A program made the position numbers and the translations under genes. From a virus (taxonomy: Duplodnaviria; Caudoviricetes): a stretch of 55,705 bases of DNA. The notes beneath the pieces were generated by a model that searched no databases, was not told the DNA's origin, and saw only the letters and a program-made list of their open reading frames with translations. The stretch spans positions 1 through 55,705 of the IMG/VR virus record IMGVR_UViG_3300042862_000096; one strand, given 5' to 3'. This document shows, piece by piece, positions 18,600 to 28,477 of the stretch (position 1 is its first letter; every line of letters starts with the position of its first letter).

Positions 18600-19156
18600 G
18601 TTTGCGCGTCTGAGCGCAGCATAAAACCTTGAACTGTAATTCTTAAACTTGTACTAGAAGTAACAGGTGTGGTTCCGTGCATCATTGACCCCTCATTGTA
18701 AACTAAAGTATTAAACTTTGGTTCAACAACTTTTAGTTCGCTTGTGGTCTCATCTTGCCAAATAAAAAGTCCCCCATCGTTGTAATGCCAGTCTTTATTC
18801 AAATATATGGTAACTGCTTGTTTCGCATGAGCGTCACCGTGCCAGTTAATCCATGAGCCTTTCGTCCAAACATAAATCATAAACTTCATTTCCTCGCGGA
18901 GACTTTCTTCGGTTTCATTTGAAAATAAGTCGTTCTTTTTTAAGAAAGGAATTATCTGTTTGCTTAAGGATTTCGGCATTGAGTAACATAGAACAGGGGT
19001 AGACTCTTGATTTAGGTCTGAGTGCCAACGGAAATTAGTCCATGACTGTATATTGAGTTCTTCTTCTGTTAAGTCATACCCTCTTGTTAATCTGTATCCC
19101 AAACCACCAATTTCGTAACAAAGTTGTTCAGGTAATACATTTTCAATAATTCTCAT
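18596..19156 (-). CDS. 2OG-Fe(II) oxygenase
   Basis: WHGD, TIYLN..W...DGG, PKFN.LV, HGTTPV, RITVQ. Confidence 0.85.
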   Translation of the reverse strand: MRIIENVLPEQLCYEIGGLGYRLTRGYDLTEEELNIQSWTNFRWHSDLNQESTPVLCYSMPKSLSKQIIPFLKKNDLFSNETEESLREEMKFMIYVWTKGSWINWHGDAHAKQAVTIYLNKDWHYNDGGLFIWQDETTSELKVVEPKFNTLVYNEGSMMHGTTPVTSSTSLRITVQGFMLRSDAQT

Positions 19157-19288
19157 TTAATTCGACCACCATTTATGTGCCACAAAAATAATATAAAACC
19201 TCAGGAATTGAATAGTAAGACTTTTATCCCAACTATGGAATTGAATTGCTATCCCCCAGTTATCTGTCACACCCTTAAAAACTTTCAT
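19157..19288 (-). CDS. 43-aa hypothetical protein (not in ORF track)
   Basis: [24 protein letters not shown]...; fills the gap between neighbouring genes. Confidence 0.4.
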   Translation of the reverse strand: MKVFKGVTDNWGIAIQFHSWDKSLTIQFLRFYIIFVAHKWWSN

Positions 19289-20924
19289 TTGTATCTCTCT
19301 CTACTATAGTTTTCGTATCAACAAAATATACCGCATCTAGGGTACTTTCGCTCAAGGTTTGTATTGCCTCGTCTTTAGTTTGAACTAAAGGCTCTCCAGC
19401 AAGATTGAAACTTGTATTAAGTAACATAGGACACCCTGTTTTTTCATAAAAGCCTTGAAGTAGGTCGAATAGAAAGCCTTCTTTGACTGTTTGTATTCTG
19501 CTTGTATTATCTACATGAATAATTCCGGGCACGAGGCTTATTGCCGACTCTTTTGCATCAAAGTTTACTGTCATATATTCTGATGAAGAAAGACCTAAAG
19601 TAACGAAATACTTATCGAATTCTGACTCTAATATAACTCCAGCAAAAGGTCTATACCATTCCCTTTTTTTAATTTTATTGACGATTGCCTTACAGTCCTT
19701 ATTTCTTGGGTCGAAAAGAATTGACCTATGACCTAACGCCCTTGGACCAGCCTCAGGACTGCCATCGAAAATGGCTAAACTCTTTTGATTGATTAACAAG
19801 TCTACTAAGTGTTCCATATTTGGCACTCTTTCACCAAAAGTTCTAAGGTCTAGGTCATAAAAATGAAAAAAGTTATCCTTTAATTTTTTAGGTCGCTTGC
19901 CTGTTTCCATAACATATTTCATCATAGCGGCACCAATAGGCACACCTGTATCATCGGCTACTGGTTCGAAATAGAAAGTAACATCTTTCATGTTTTTAAG
20001 ATAGAAGTTATTAGCGACTACATTTAATCCATAACCACCAACGAGGCAAACATTACGGACTTTGGTTTTCTCTACATGATATTTAATCAACTCTAAAACT
20101 GCTTCTTGGGTATCGATTTGAACTTGCTTAGCCAAGTTTGCGTACTCTAAGTAGTTTTGATTATCTATATCAGAAGTTATTTTATCTTCTTTTTCAAAGA
20201 AGCAAACAGGGTAAGAATCAGTAAATAATTCAGCCCTTGCAACGGACTTATGAAAGAGTTTATAGTTATCGTTGTAAGTTCCATAAGAGGAAAGCCCCAT
20301 AGTTTTTCCATTTTCTAAAGGGTTTTGCCCGATCATAGTTGTAGCCGACTCATAGACTTTAACAATGCTCAAAAAATTATTGAGAGTAACTTTTGTGTCA
20401 AGATAAAGAACTTCTAAAGACTTTAGAACTTTTAGCCGTTTAGAAGACATATCAGGCATAAGCCAAAAGTTTTTCTGTAAAGGTTTTAGAAAGTTATTTT
20501 TATCGCATAAATATACAGACTCTGACTCTCTAGCAACTTCTTTATCCTCAGCAAAAATTATAGAGCCATTTCGGTCAATAACAAAAACTAAGCAACTTTC
20601 AAACCCGCTATTAAAGTAGGCAAGGTTGGCATGTGATTGATGATGAGTTAGTGCCGAGAAATTCTCTAAAGGCACATTAAAAGTTTTTTCTATATAACGG
20701 CTATAAACAGTTTCAATACCGAGTTCATTGTTATCTGGTACTGTATAGAGCGCATGGTCTAAAGGTCCTGCTAAATTTGCTTTCAATAATTCTAAAGATT
20801 TGAAGGGGTGCTTGTCTCTCTTTTTTCTAGAGATTCGTTCTTCCTTACAAAAAAACTCAATTTCGCCATCATTTAATACACATACAGAACTATCATGGGC
20901 TATATTAAATGCTAGTATTCTCAT
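19275..20924 (-). CDS. Carbamoyltransferase (NodU/CmcH family)
   Basis: [64 protein letters not shown]. Confidence 0.93.
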   Translation of the reverse strand: MRILAFNIAHDSSVCVLNDGEIEFFCKEERISRKKRDKHPFKSLELLKANLAGPLDHALYTVPDNNELGIETVYSRYIEKTFNVPLENFSALTHHQSHANLAYFNSGFESCLVFVIDRNGSIIFAEDKEVARESESVYLCDKNNFLKPLQKNFWLMPDMSSKRLKVLKSLEVLYLDTKVTLNNFLSIVKVYESATTMIGQNPLENGKTMGLSSYGTYNDNYKLFHKSVARAELFTDSYPVCFFEKEDKITSDIDNQNYLEYANLAKQVQIDTQEAVLELIKYHVEKTKVRNVCLVGGYGLNVVANNFYLKNMKDVTFYFEPVADDTGVPIGAAMMKYVMETGKRPKKLKDNFFHFYDLDLRTFGERVPNMEHLVDLLINQKSLAIFDGSPEAGPRALGHRSILFDPRNKDCKAIVNKIKKREWYRPFAGVILESEFDKYFVTLGLSSSEYMTVNFDAKESAISLVPGIIHVDNTSRIQTVKEGFLFDLLQGFYEKTGCPMLLNTSFNLAGEPLVQTKDEAIQTLSESTLDAVYFVDTKTIVERDTNESF

Positions 20925-21222
20925 TACGGTCCCTCTCGGCTCGCTCTTCTTGAACCATAGCCAAGGTAAGAAAGTAACCTATACCATCAACGATATTATC
21001 TACTTTAGGCGCATTGGTTTGGCGACTTATTTTAATTCCCACCATACATAAGGCTACTTGCTCAGCCGTAACTGGAACTCCTAATATCGCCTCCCATATC
21101 TTTCCTGCTCTAGTGAAGTCATCAAGAGGGTGACCGTAATCTTCTTGTCTATCTCCAGTTACTAACCTAGCAGCATAAGCAGCAATATCTCTTGGGTCAT
21201 TAAACACGCCATTTACCTCCAA
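20905..21222 (-). CDS. DUF6378-like protein
   Basis: GDRQ.DYGHP...F.R...IW; VALCM..IKISR; D..VD..GY. Confidence 0.75.
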   Translation of the reverse strand: MEVNGVFNDPRDIAAYAARLVTGDRQEDYGHPLDDFTRAGKIWEAILGVPVTAEQVALCMVGIKISRQTNAPKVDNIVDGIGYFLTLAMVQEERAERDRNENTSI

Positions 21223-21382
21223 ACTTAGGAACTTCTTTAAAAGATTTTACTGAACTACTACAGGTAGGGCAACTTCCTTCATAGTAAATTAAAGTAGAAC
21301 TCGGCGAACTTGGAGCATTGTTACCCTTCACCTTTACTCTTTCTTTACATTTACTACAATATCCAATGAAACTCATTTTCAC
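21200..21382 (-). CDS. Small Zn-ribbon protein
   Basis: YCSKC...CPTC. Confidence 0.55.
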   Translation of the reverse strand: MKMSFIGYCSKCKERVKVKGNNAPSSPSSTLIYYEGSCPTCSSSVKSFKEVPKFGGKWRV

Positions 21383-22776
21383 ATCCTTGGTATAGACCAG
21401 TCGTTAATTTGAGTAAGTGATAGTGGAACTGTTCCTGTTAGTGTTTGGTAACTACCGCTTAGTTCTGTAAGTGCCCAAACTAGAGCATCTAGTCTATCTG
21501 GTGATTTCTTAGAGTCCGGTGTCCAAAGAACCATTTGGTCTTCTAACTGTGGAAAGCCTCCTACGTGGTGAACCTTACCTTGTTCATAGAGTGCTGATAT
21601 CGGTTCTGCTCTTGTGGATTTATTGCGTGTCGCATGAACTTTCTTGACTGGTGCATTTCTATCTACTTGTTGAATAACCATAGCAACCATATCTCCACCA
21701 TTATTTACTTCAGCAACTAATCTGTCTGCTCTCCATCTTGTATATGCTTGAAGTGATCGCTTACCCCACTCGTTAGGTGTTGCTCTCAAAGTATCATCAG
21801 CCAATACATAGAAGTGTTTATCTTCGCCAAGACCACAAGTAATAATTCCTGTTTCATCAGAGTTCTCACTACTAGTTACGGCAGGGTCTATACCTACTAC
21901 CACTCTTGTTAGTTTAGGTAAGTTATCAATACTAATTCTTGTATCTTCAATCCAGTTTCTTATCCACAAGGCTCCCTCAGCCTGTTCAAGTATTTCGCCG
22001 TAAAGTTCCTGTCGCCCTGTTCTTGTGCCCTCATATCGGTTACGTAACTCCTTTAATGCGTTCCCTGAAAGGTTCTTAGCATTATCAAAAGTGCTACCTC
22101 TTGTTAAATGTATTGAGTTATCTGTTCTGCTAACCCACTCACGGATTAACTTAATTGGCTTGGGTGTAGTAGTAACAACAACTCTTGGTCTTTCACCAAT
22201 ACGCAATGCTGGTGCTAATCCTTCTGTCCATGATTCGTATGGATATTGCCATGATGCTATCTCGTCTAGCCAAGCACCAGATAAGTTAAGACCACGACCA
22301 GAATCTGGAGAGTCTGCACCAAAGGTATGTATTCTTGCCCCATTAGCCATATCTATTTTGTGTGATGATTTGTTATAGACATAATCTTTTTCGTTCTGTA
22401 ATCCTTGGTGTTGGAGTGCTTTCAATAATCCGCTAGGTCCTTCTACGCAGATACTCTTTGCGTCTTTGAAGGTTGGTGCGACAATAGCCCATTGGGTGGA
22501 AACATTATCTTTAGTCTTAGGGTTATCTATAACTTTCTTAGCAAGCCACTCTGCTCCAGTTCTTGTCTTACCCCAACCACGACCAGAAAGAATTAACCAG
22601 ATAAACCAATCACCTTCAGGTTCTTGTTGCTCGGGTCTACCAATAAACCACCAAGGAGATTTATAGAGTTCTGTTAATACTGGTTCAGGAAGTTCCGAGA
22701 GCCACTTTTCTTTCTCACTCTTGGATAACTTCTGGACTTTCTCCATCAATGATAAGCCCATCATCTCCCCCTTCAT
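21379..22776 (-). CDS. terL: Terminase large subunit
   Basis: GRGWGKT Walker A, WLDE Walker B, TTTP, IDPA nuclease motif, PDRLDALVWA. Confidence 0.95.
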   Translation of the reverse strand: MKGEMMGLSLMEKVQKLSKSEKEKWLSELPEPVLTELYKSPWWFIGRPEQQEPEGDWFIWLILSGRGWGKTRTGAEWLAKKVIDNPKTKDNVSTQWAIVAPTFKDAKSICVEGPSGLLKALQHQGLQNEKDYVYNKSSHKIDMANGARIHTFGADSPDSGRGLNLSGAWLDEIASWQYPYESWTEGLAPALRIGERPRVVVTTTPKPIKLIREWVSRTDNSIHLTRGSTFDNAKNLSGNALKELRNRYEGTRTGRQELYGEILEQAEGALWIRNWIEDTRISIDNLPKLTRVVVGIDPAVTSSENSDETGIITCGLGEDKHFYVLADDTLRATPNEWGKRSLQAYTRWRADRLVAEVNNGGDMVAMVIQQVDRNAPVKKVHATRNKSTRAEPISALYEQGKVHHVGGFPQLEDQMVLWTPDSKKSPDRLDALVWALTELSGSYQTLTGTVPLSLTQINDWSIPRM

Positions 22777-23218
22777 TAAGCATTTCTAATACTACTTTCC
22801 TAGCCTCTTCAACGCTAATTGTTATTGGCGCTCCGTCAGGTCCAGAAAGTTCTGCTTTAATCTTAGTGTGTTGTGCCCAGCGTTCAGGGTGTTTTCTTTC
22901 TAGCCACCATGCTGCTGCTTGCCATCTTCCATTTTGTGCTGCTTGAACAATTCTGCCAACATTCATTGTTTCTGCTTCTGCTTCGCTACGCTCAAACGAC
23001 TCTCGAAATTCTTGTAATTCCTCACTAGCATTCTTGGCTCTTGACTGTTCTAACCAGCGATAAAGAGTTGCTTCAGATATACCAGCAAAGGAGCAGGCAA
23101 CTTTCTTGTCGTTTCCTGCTCTTATTGCTTTGATTAACTTATCCCTTCGAGCATCATCTAGTTTGGTCTTTCTTCCTCGCTTTGTAACAGAATCGTTATC
23201 AGTCATTATCTTGCCCAT
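22715..23218 (-). CDS. terS: Terminase small subunit
   Basis: GR.TKL, HTH (AGISEATLYRW), WQAAAWWLER..PE.W, LSGPDG.PI; directly upstream of terL. Confidence 0.8.
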   Translation of the reverse strand: MGKIMTDNDSVTKRGRKTKLDDARRDKLIKAIRAGNDKKVACSFAGISEATLYRWLEQSRAKNASEELQEFRESFERSEAEAETMNVGRIVQAAQNGRWQAAAWWLERKHPERWAQHTKIKAELSGPDGAPITISVEEARKVVLEMLNEGGDDGLIIDGESPEVIQE

Positions 23219-23823
23219 ACCGCAATAGTCTGCCAGCCTTTGGGCGTAATCTTAGGTGGCTTTATTGCTGTCCACTTCTCGAATCCTTGAATCAGTTTGG
23301 GTGCCTCTATCTCTCTTAAGGCTTTCCTGTTTAAGTGAATTTCCATTGTTACATATTGTACCGAATCAGGAAGTGTTTCGGGTATGTTGAATTCGTATTC
23401 TGCGCCCTCGCAGTCAATCTTTACTACATTGGGTTGAACTCTAGCCACTACCTCAGCAAATGAATCGCTCGGAACTATTATATGGTTTCTAGTTGGGCCA
23501 TCATAAAGAATACTATGTCCGCCCGTATGTCCAGAAGTTTTAACATTAAGCATTACATCTCTGCCATCACGGGTTAATGCTTTGTTATGGATTTCAACTG
23601 GTTTGCCTTCTGTGTTGAGAGTAAGCATACGGAAATTGTCTGGTTCTGGTTCATAGGCAACTACGAAACCAGCACCTTGTAGTAATGCCCAATTAGTAAA
23701 AGAACCTATGTGTCCACCAACATCTAACACTTTACAACCAGCAGGTATTGGGCAGGTTTTATACGCATTTATTTCGCCCAATGTCATAGCATCGGTTGTT
23801 CCTTCTCTAGTTTGCAAGTCCAT
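23206..23823 (-). CDS. FkbM-family SAM-dependent methyltransferase
   Basis: VLDVGGHIGSF, YEPEP.NF..L, KIDCEGAEY. Confidence 0.88.
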   Translation of the reverse strand: MDLQTREGTTDAMTLGEINAYKTCPIPAGCKVLDVGGHIGSFTNWALLQGAGFVVAYEPEPDNFRMLTLNTEGKPVEIHNKALTRDGRDVMLNVKTSGHTGGHSILYDGPTRNHIIVPSDSFAEVVARVQPNVVKIDCEGAEYEFNIPETLPDSVQYVTMEIHLNRKALREIEAPKLIQGFEKWTAIKPPKITPKGWQTIAVWAR

Positions 23824-24610
23824 GTAATGGTCTCTCTTTTCTTCCTAAAGTAATCGGCTTCAAGCGAAGATTCACTACTCCTCCTGCTTTAATCTGTATT
23901 GAAGATAGGTCTGGATATCTTTCTTGTACCCAACGCAATTCTGAAGCATGTCTATCTTTTCTCACATCTCCATCTTCTGTTACGCAAGCATCTATACCGC
24001 CTGAAGCAAAATACTTGGTCTTTGGGCATAAGAATTCTAGGCGAACAACGCAACCATATCTAGTAAATCCTCTAAGAGTTGAATGGTGGTCTTCTCCTGT
24101 TGGGGTCATGCGTCTTTCAGGATCGCAGAATATCCAGTCTTTAGCATAAGTTCCCATGAAGTTAGCACATATATATCGAAGTCCTACTGAAATATGGTCT
24201 TTTAAGAAGAAGTGGTTCATGGTTGGGTTAATACCCCACTGTCTTGCTCCCTGTTCTTCTGCTGTTGAGAAACCTATCTCTGCTATCTCGTCGAGTTGGT
24301 ACCGTGTTGGTACTAGTTTCTTATCTCCAAGTTCTAGTAAATCAGACATATCATCATCAATGCTTAATAGTCTTTCATTTTCAGGAAACCAGTTGTGGTA
24401 AAACTTTCTTTGGGTAGATATACCACGCACGCCAACAACAATGCGGTAATCGTCTTTTAATACAGACCGATAGAGTTCTTCTTGCTCTTCATTAGCGACA
24501 AAGACATGAACCTTATCTTTATCTACTTTCAGGCGTTCTAAAGTTGCTAGAGTTTGATCTCGGCAAATCTCTGCTCGCTGGTAAGAAGGAACTACTACTT
24601 GATACTTCAA
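23807..24610 (-). CDS. TET-associated glycosyltransferase (GT-A fold)
   Basis: VPSY.RA, R....N, IDDD, ED, GG motifs; directly downstream of TET/JBP-like gene. Confidence 0.78.
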   Translation of the reverse strand: MKYQVVVPSYQRAEICRDQTLATLERLKVDKDKVHVFVANEEQEELYRSVLKDDYRIVVGVRGISTQRKFYHNWFPENERLLSIDDDMSDLLELGDKKLVPTRYQLDEIAEIGFSTAEEQGARQWGINPTMNHFFLKDHISVGLRYICANFMGTYAKDWIFCDPERRMTPTGEDHHSTLRGFTRYGCVVRLEFLCPKTKYFASGGIDACVTEDGDVRKDRHASELRWVQERYPDLSSIQIKAGGVVNLRLKPITLGRKERPLHGLAN

Positions 24611-25527
24611 CCAACCTTAAACGGAGTATCACCTTTGAGAGCAGAAGCCAGTCCTGTTTCTCGTTCTGTTCTCCGTTTCCTCGCTTCTTTCTGTTCAACT
24701 GCGAATGAGAAGCAGTCTTTCATGCCTCTTAAGCAGTAATAAACAACTGTGTAGCGGTAAGAATCTTTCTGAACATGTGCTATCGGAGTAACTCCGTGAA
24801 GGTATCTGTATCCTGGAAAGAATAAACACCAACCATCTCGGCACTCAATAACTAAATCGTATTCGGGCATACTTAGGTAACCACCACGAGTACCTCTTCT
24901 AATTACTGGCATAGCAGACCACATATCAAAGTTGTTGCCGTCAAAGTGGTATGGAAGGGTTGAGGTTTTATTAATAACTCCGCTAGTCCAAAGACTTCGC
25001 TCGCTTAATCTCCACTCATCTGCTACTGCTGCTGTTTCGGTTACATCTGCATTGTATACATCAGGAATTAACTCTTTAATAATATCTGCTAATACATCTG
25101 CTGTTCTAGTTAGAACATCATGCTCTTCGGGTTGGTCATAAGATAATGCTGTTGGTCGGCATGCTTCTCTAGTTTGAAATGGTTTGCGTGGCGCCATACC
25201 GAAAGTTCTTGAATGATTTTCTACACCAGTTGATTGTCTAGTTACACCTGATGAAGAATACTTAATTGAACGAACTGCTTTTCTAAGTTCTGGAATTACT
25301 GCTTCTGGTAGAGGCATGTAAACTAAGAAAGGTTCATTGGTGTCTGCATCAACATAGATTCCAGCCTCTTTGATATTTGCTTCTAACTCTGGAACATCTA
25401 CACCTTTAAGTTCCTTAGTTTTACTTCTATCAAAAACTCTTTTGACTGGTATTACATCTAAATCTTTAATCACTTGGTGCCTCTGTTCCAGTCGCTTCCG
25501 CAACTGCTCTAATAATGGCGTCCCCAT
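24607..25527 (-). CDS. TET/JBP-like 2OG-Fe(II) DNA base oxygenase
   Basis: WTSGVIN...YHFDGNN, GG.L..PEY, HGVTPI, R..VVYY. Confidence 0.78.
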   Translation of the reverse strand: MGTPLLEQLRKRLEQRHQVIKDLDVIPVKRVFDRSKTKELKGVDVPELEANIKEAGIYVDADTNEPFLVYMPLPEAVIPELRKAVRSIKYSSSGVTRQSTGVENHSRTFGMAPRKPFQTREACRPTALSYDQPEEHDVLTRTADVLADIIKELIPDVYNADVTETAAVADEWRLSERSLWTSGVINKTSTLPYHFDGNNFDMWSAMPVIRRGTRGGYLSMPEYDLVIECRDGWCLFFPGYRYLHGVTPIAHVQKDSYRYTVVYYCLRGMKDCFSFAVEQKEARKRRTERETGLASALKGDTPFKVG

Positions 25528-26137
25528 TACTATCTACATTATACTTTACTCTAAGTTCAGTTAGCCTGTCTTGAATCCAAATATATTGGTCGTTAGGAAA
25601 CTCACACATTAACAGCCTGACTGTTCTTTCGGCATAGTGAGATGCTCTTTCAGACATAGTCGGTCTTCTATTAACTCCTTCTTGTGCTAATTGACCGCCT
25701 CCACTAACACCCTCAACCATACTTCCAGTCTCTTCGTAAGAAGGAGTTATTGACTGTTCTTCAATTAACGCAAGTAAATCATCTATATCTTGGGTGTCGT
25801 AGCCAGTTCCCTCTAGACTAATATCTTGTAATAAATCTAATAATTCTTTCTCATCATAAGTTCCAAGTTCGCCTAATCTATTATCGCTGGCTACTATCTT
25901 CTTCGCTTGGGTGTTATTAACATCTACCTCAACAGTATCAACTCTTGTCCAACCTAATTCTTTTGCTGCTTGCCATAGATGGTTACCGGCAAGTATGTAT
26001 CTAGTTGATGCCTGAATAACAATCGGCTTGTATTGTCCGTTAGCATTTAAAGATTCTTTAAGTTTATTAACATTACCTCTTCTTGGGTTATTTGGAAAAG
26101 GTAAAAGCGTTTCTATATCAGAACTAATAATCTCCAC
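25466..26137 (-). CDS. ParB-like (ParBc) protein
   Basis: L.P.PNNPR.G, SL...GQ..PIVI, ILAGNH...AA..LG, DNRL.EL. Confidence 0.85.
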   Translation of the reverse strand: MEIISSDIETLLPFPNNPRRGNVNKLKESLNANGQYKPIVIQASTRYILAGNHLWQAAKELGWTRVDTVEVDVNNTQAKKIVASDNRLGELGTYDEKELLDLLQDISLEGTGYDTQDIDDLLALIEEQSITPSYEETGSMVEGVSGGGQLAQEGVNRRPTMSERASHYAERTVRLLMCEFPNDQYIWIQDRLTELRVKYNVDSNGDAIIRAVAEATGTEAPSD

Positions 26138-26156
26138 AACTACTCCTTCTTGTAGG

Positions 26157-26360
26157 GTGAGAGCCTATCCTGTTGGAAGGGTAATAACAACTGGGATAGA
26201 CTCTCACAACTTAGAGTGATAACAAATAGATTAAATACACCACGTAATTTAGTCTATCTATCGGGTTAAGCAGTCGGACGGAAGGGACAAACTGCCACTC
26301 GTATAACCCAATTCTATTTAACTTACTTTCTGCTTCAATGAAGGTAAGGTTAGTGCTGGT
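26157..26360 (-). ncRNA. Structured leader/sRNA candidate with CCCUUC-containing loops
   Basis: Hairpin 26157-26207 (loop UUAUUACCCUUC) and hairpin 26263-26309 (loop contains UGUCCCUUC); further stems at 26226-26257 and ~26322-26349; TATGAT -10 candidate at 26424-26429. Confidence 0.5.
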
Positions 26361-26448
26361 CCTGTATATCTTCTGTTCATTTCTTTCTGAAGTCTTTTGG
26401 CTGACCACTTATAAATACCAAACATCATATTGAAATACATTTTTCTCC

Positions 26449-26640
26449 CTAGTCTAAACACTCAGAGCAATAAGACATTGCCCTTACATTATCTACTCCA
26501 GTATTAAACCATTTCCCGCAATGGCAACACTGAATACGAACTAATTTAGTAGCCTCTTTTTTCTTAAATAGATTACCAAGGGAAATCATTTTCAGTGCCT
26601 TCATTTTCTTTGATCTGAGAATTCTGTGGTTCAGGCACAT
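26449..26640 (-). CDS. Small Zn-finger protein (true start probably ~26589)
   Basis: CCHCG...YCSEC. Confidence 0.55.
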   Translation of the reverse strand: MCLNHRILRSKKMKALKMISLGNLFKKKEATKLVRIQCCHCGKWFNTGVDNVRAMSYCSECLD

Positions 26641-26968
26641 ACTTAGGTACTACGCCTACAGAATCTGCGTTGATTTCTAAACTCTTCTTTTCTTCTCCGT
26701 CTTTAGTTCTGAAAGTATTGATTTGAAACCTGCCCTGAACAAATACTTTATCTCCCTTTTTCAATGCGTTCGCTGCTCCTGCTGCTTCTGCATTCCATAC
26801 GAAAACTCTATACCAAGTAGTTTCTTGGTCTGTCCAAGTTCCGTTAATGTTTTTCCTAGGAGTATTAGCAAGATTGAAAGATGTCACAGGTATACCCTTT
26901 GGTGTCTTTCTAAACTCTGCATCAGAACCTAAGTTTCCAACTATCGTAATTACTGGTTCACCAGCCAT
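26573..26968 (-). CDS. ssb: Single-stranded DNA-binding protein
   Basis: ITIVGNL..D.E.R.TP.G, TTWYRV.VW, LKKGD.V.V.G, acidic DFPW tail. Confidence 0.93.
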   Translation of the reverse strand: MAGEPVITIVGNLGSDAEFRKTPKGIPVTSFNLANTPRKNINGTWTDQETTWYRVFVWNAEAAGAANALKKGDKVFVQGRFQINTFRTKDGEEKKSLEINADSVGVVPKYVPEPQNSQIKENEGTENDFPW

Positions 26969-27317
26969 CAGCCTTCCCTTCTAAGTAGCGATAACTTCCG
27001 TCATCTGTAAGTAGAACAATAGCACCACTAGGCAAAATCAATGGAGTATCTTCCGAGTCTTGCCAAGTTGCTACCATCAACCCTGCCTGATTAGAAGCGG
27101 AAGGGTTGAGATGAACACTATCCGTTCCAGTATTGTGGCATTCGTGATGTAAGGCAACTAGGTTTGATACGGTATCTTTCCCTCCACGAGACCGCAACTT
27201 CCTATGGTGTAAAGCCCATGTTTCGGTTAAGGGCTTACCGCATTTTTCGCAGTAGCCACCACACCGAACTCTCACCATTTCACGCATCTCTGTGAAATCA
27301 GTTTTGCTATTACTCAA
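26958..27317 (-). CDS. HNH endonuclease
   Basis: CEKCG, HHRK.RSRGG, NLVALHH.CH. Confidence 0.85.
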   Translation of the reverse strand: MSNSKTDFTEMREMVRVRCGGYCEKCGKPLTETWALHHRKLRSRGGKDTVSNLVALHHECHNTGTDSVHLNPSASNQAGLMVATWQDSEDTPLILPSGAIVLLTDDGSYRYLEGKADGW

Positions 27318-27699
27318 TTATTTGCTCTATTCCTATCCATACTCCCTGCTTCTCTCCATAAGTTTTGCTGGACTGTATGAGGATTACTTGAGAGTCATCT
27401 TCGTAAGCAACGCCAGTTAATCCATCTAGAACTGCCCTGATTAGTTTATCAAGGTCTGGTTTAACTGAGGGGAATGCTCTTTTTGCTGATTTAGGTCTAG
27501 CAATGATAAAGTCCAATTCAACTTTGACCGCACTTGCAATAGGTTTGAAACCAAATAGTTCTGCGTTTCTTGCTACATCAGCACGCCATAAAGCCAAGTC
27601 CTGAGAACGAGAGTGAATCATCACTCCAGGTCTTATGAACTTCATTGAACCTTGAGGAACAGGTCTTCCTTTAACAAAGAAAGAGTTCTTCAGTACCAT
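27310..27699 (-). CDS. rusA: RusA-like Holliday junction resolvase
   Basis: V.G.PVPQGS, PDLDKL.RAVLDGLTG...DDSQV. Confidence 0.9.
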   Translation of the reverse strand: MVLKNSFFVKGRPVPQGSMKFIRPGVMIHSRSQDLALWRADVARNAELFGFKPIASAVKVELDFIIARPKSAKRAFPSVKPDLDKLIRAVLDGLTGVAYEDDSQVILIQSSKTYGEKQGVWIGIEQIIE

Positions 27700-28154
27700 C
27701 TATTCACACTCCAGAATTCCCATGCTTCACAGGGCGAACCATACCGCTTTTCGATATAGTTTAATCCCCATTTAATTTGGGTTTGTGGATTTTTCATAAA
27801 TGCGTCTATCTCTTCTTGGGTGTTTTTGCGCATGTGTCTTTGTGGTATGCCATAATCTTGGGTAGGTGATGCTGCCTGAAAGTTCCAAGCAGACTCTTTT
27901 CCCCACAATATACCTAAGCATTTATGTTGCTCTGAATTCCAACCATACTGCTCCTGTGCAATACTGCGAGCATATTGCTTGGGGTCGGACACCTTCATAC
28001 TTTCCACCTTAGCGTCATTAACCGAGGCGGTATGAACCCCAGTTAAAGGGGTTGCAAGGGTTATTAGAGCCGTTAAAGATAAGGCAAGGTAAAACTTCAA
28101 CCGCCTTATTTTCCTTCCGTTGTTAGGGGCTTTGTAGCCCTTTTCCTTTTTCAT
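27690..28154 (-). CDS. Lytic transglycosylase (SLT-like) with N-terminal membrane anchor
   Basis: CL..LW.KES.WN, YGIPQ, NP.TQI.WGL.YI..RYGSPC.AW. Confidence 0.85.
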   Translation of the reverse strand: MKKEKGYKAPNNGRKIRRLKFYLALSLTALITLATPLTGVHTASVNDAKVESMKVSDPKQYARSIAQEQYGWNSEQHKCLGILWGKESAWNFQAASPTQDYGIPQRHMRKNTQEEIDAFMKNPQTQIKWGLNYIEKRYGSPCEAWEFWSVNRWY

Positions 28155-28165
28155 GTGCCCTCCTT

Positions 28166-28477
28166 TTACAGAATGCGAGTCTTAGAACTCTCTTCTGTTT
28201 CGTAGGCTTTGATTCGGGTATGTGTTCCACGAGCACGGAGTCGCTCATGGTATTCCTCACTAGTGGTCGAAGTCTTCCAAATACGCCACCTGTCGTAGTC
28301 GCAGTTCTTACACGGAACTGCCCCTTCATGTTGGGTCTTATCAATGGTATCAAACTCTGAACACCTGACGCCATCTCTATCCACCCAATATTGCTCCATA
28401 ATCCAGCCCCCATCGCAACCATCTGAATGGGTGCAAATACAGACTGGCTTACCACAATGCCTTCCTTTTGTTACCAA
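28166..28477 (-). CDS. Cys-rich hypothetical protein
   Basis: HCG..VCICTH..GC..GW, PC..C; in operon frame. Confidence 0.6.
   Translation of the reverse strand: MVTKGRHCGKPVCICTHSDGCDGGWIMEQYWVDRDGVRCSEFDTIDKTQHEGAVPCKNCDYDRWRIWKTSTTSEEYHERLRARGTHTRIKAYETEESSKTRIL

Noticed and set aside
25466-26137. ParB as a plasmid-prophage partition system
   Set aside because: No ParA or parS-like repeats seen; context is the DNA-modification/terminase cluster
26211-26408. 65-aa minus-strand ORF
   Set aside because: GTG start without RBS, overlaps several hairpins, no recognisable motif; better explained as a structured leader, though not excluded
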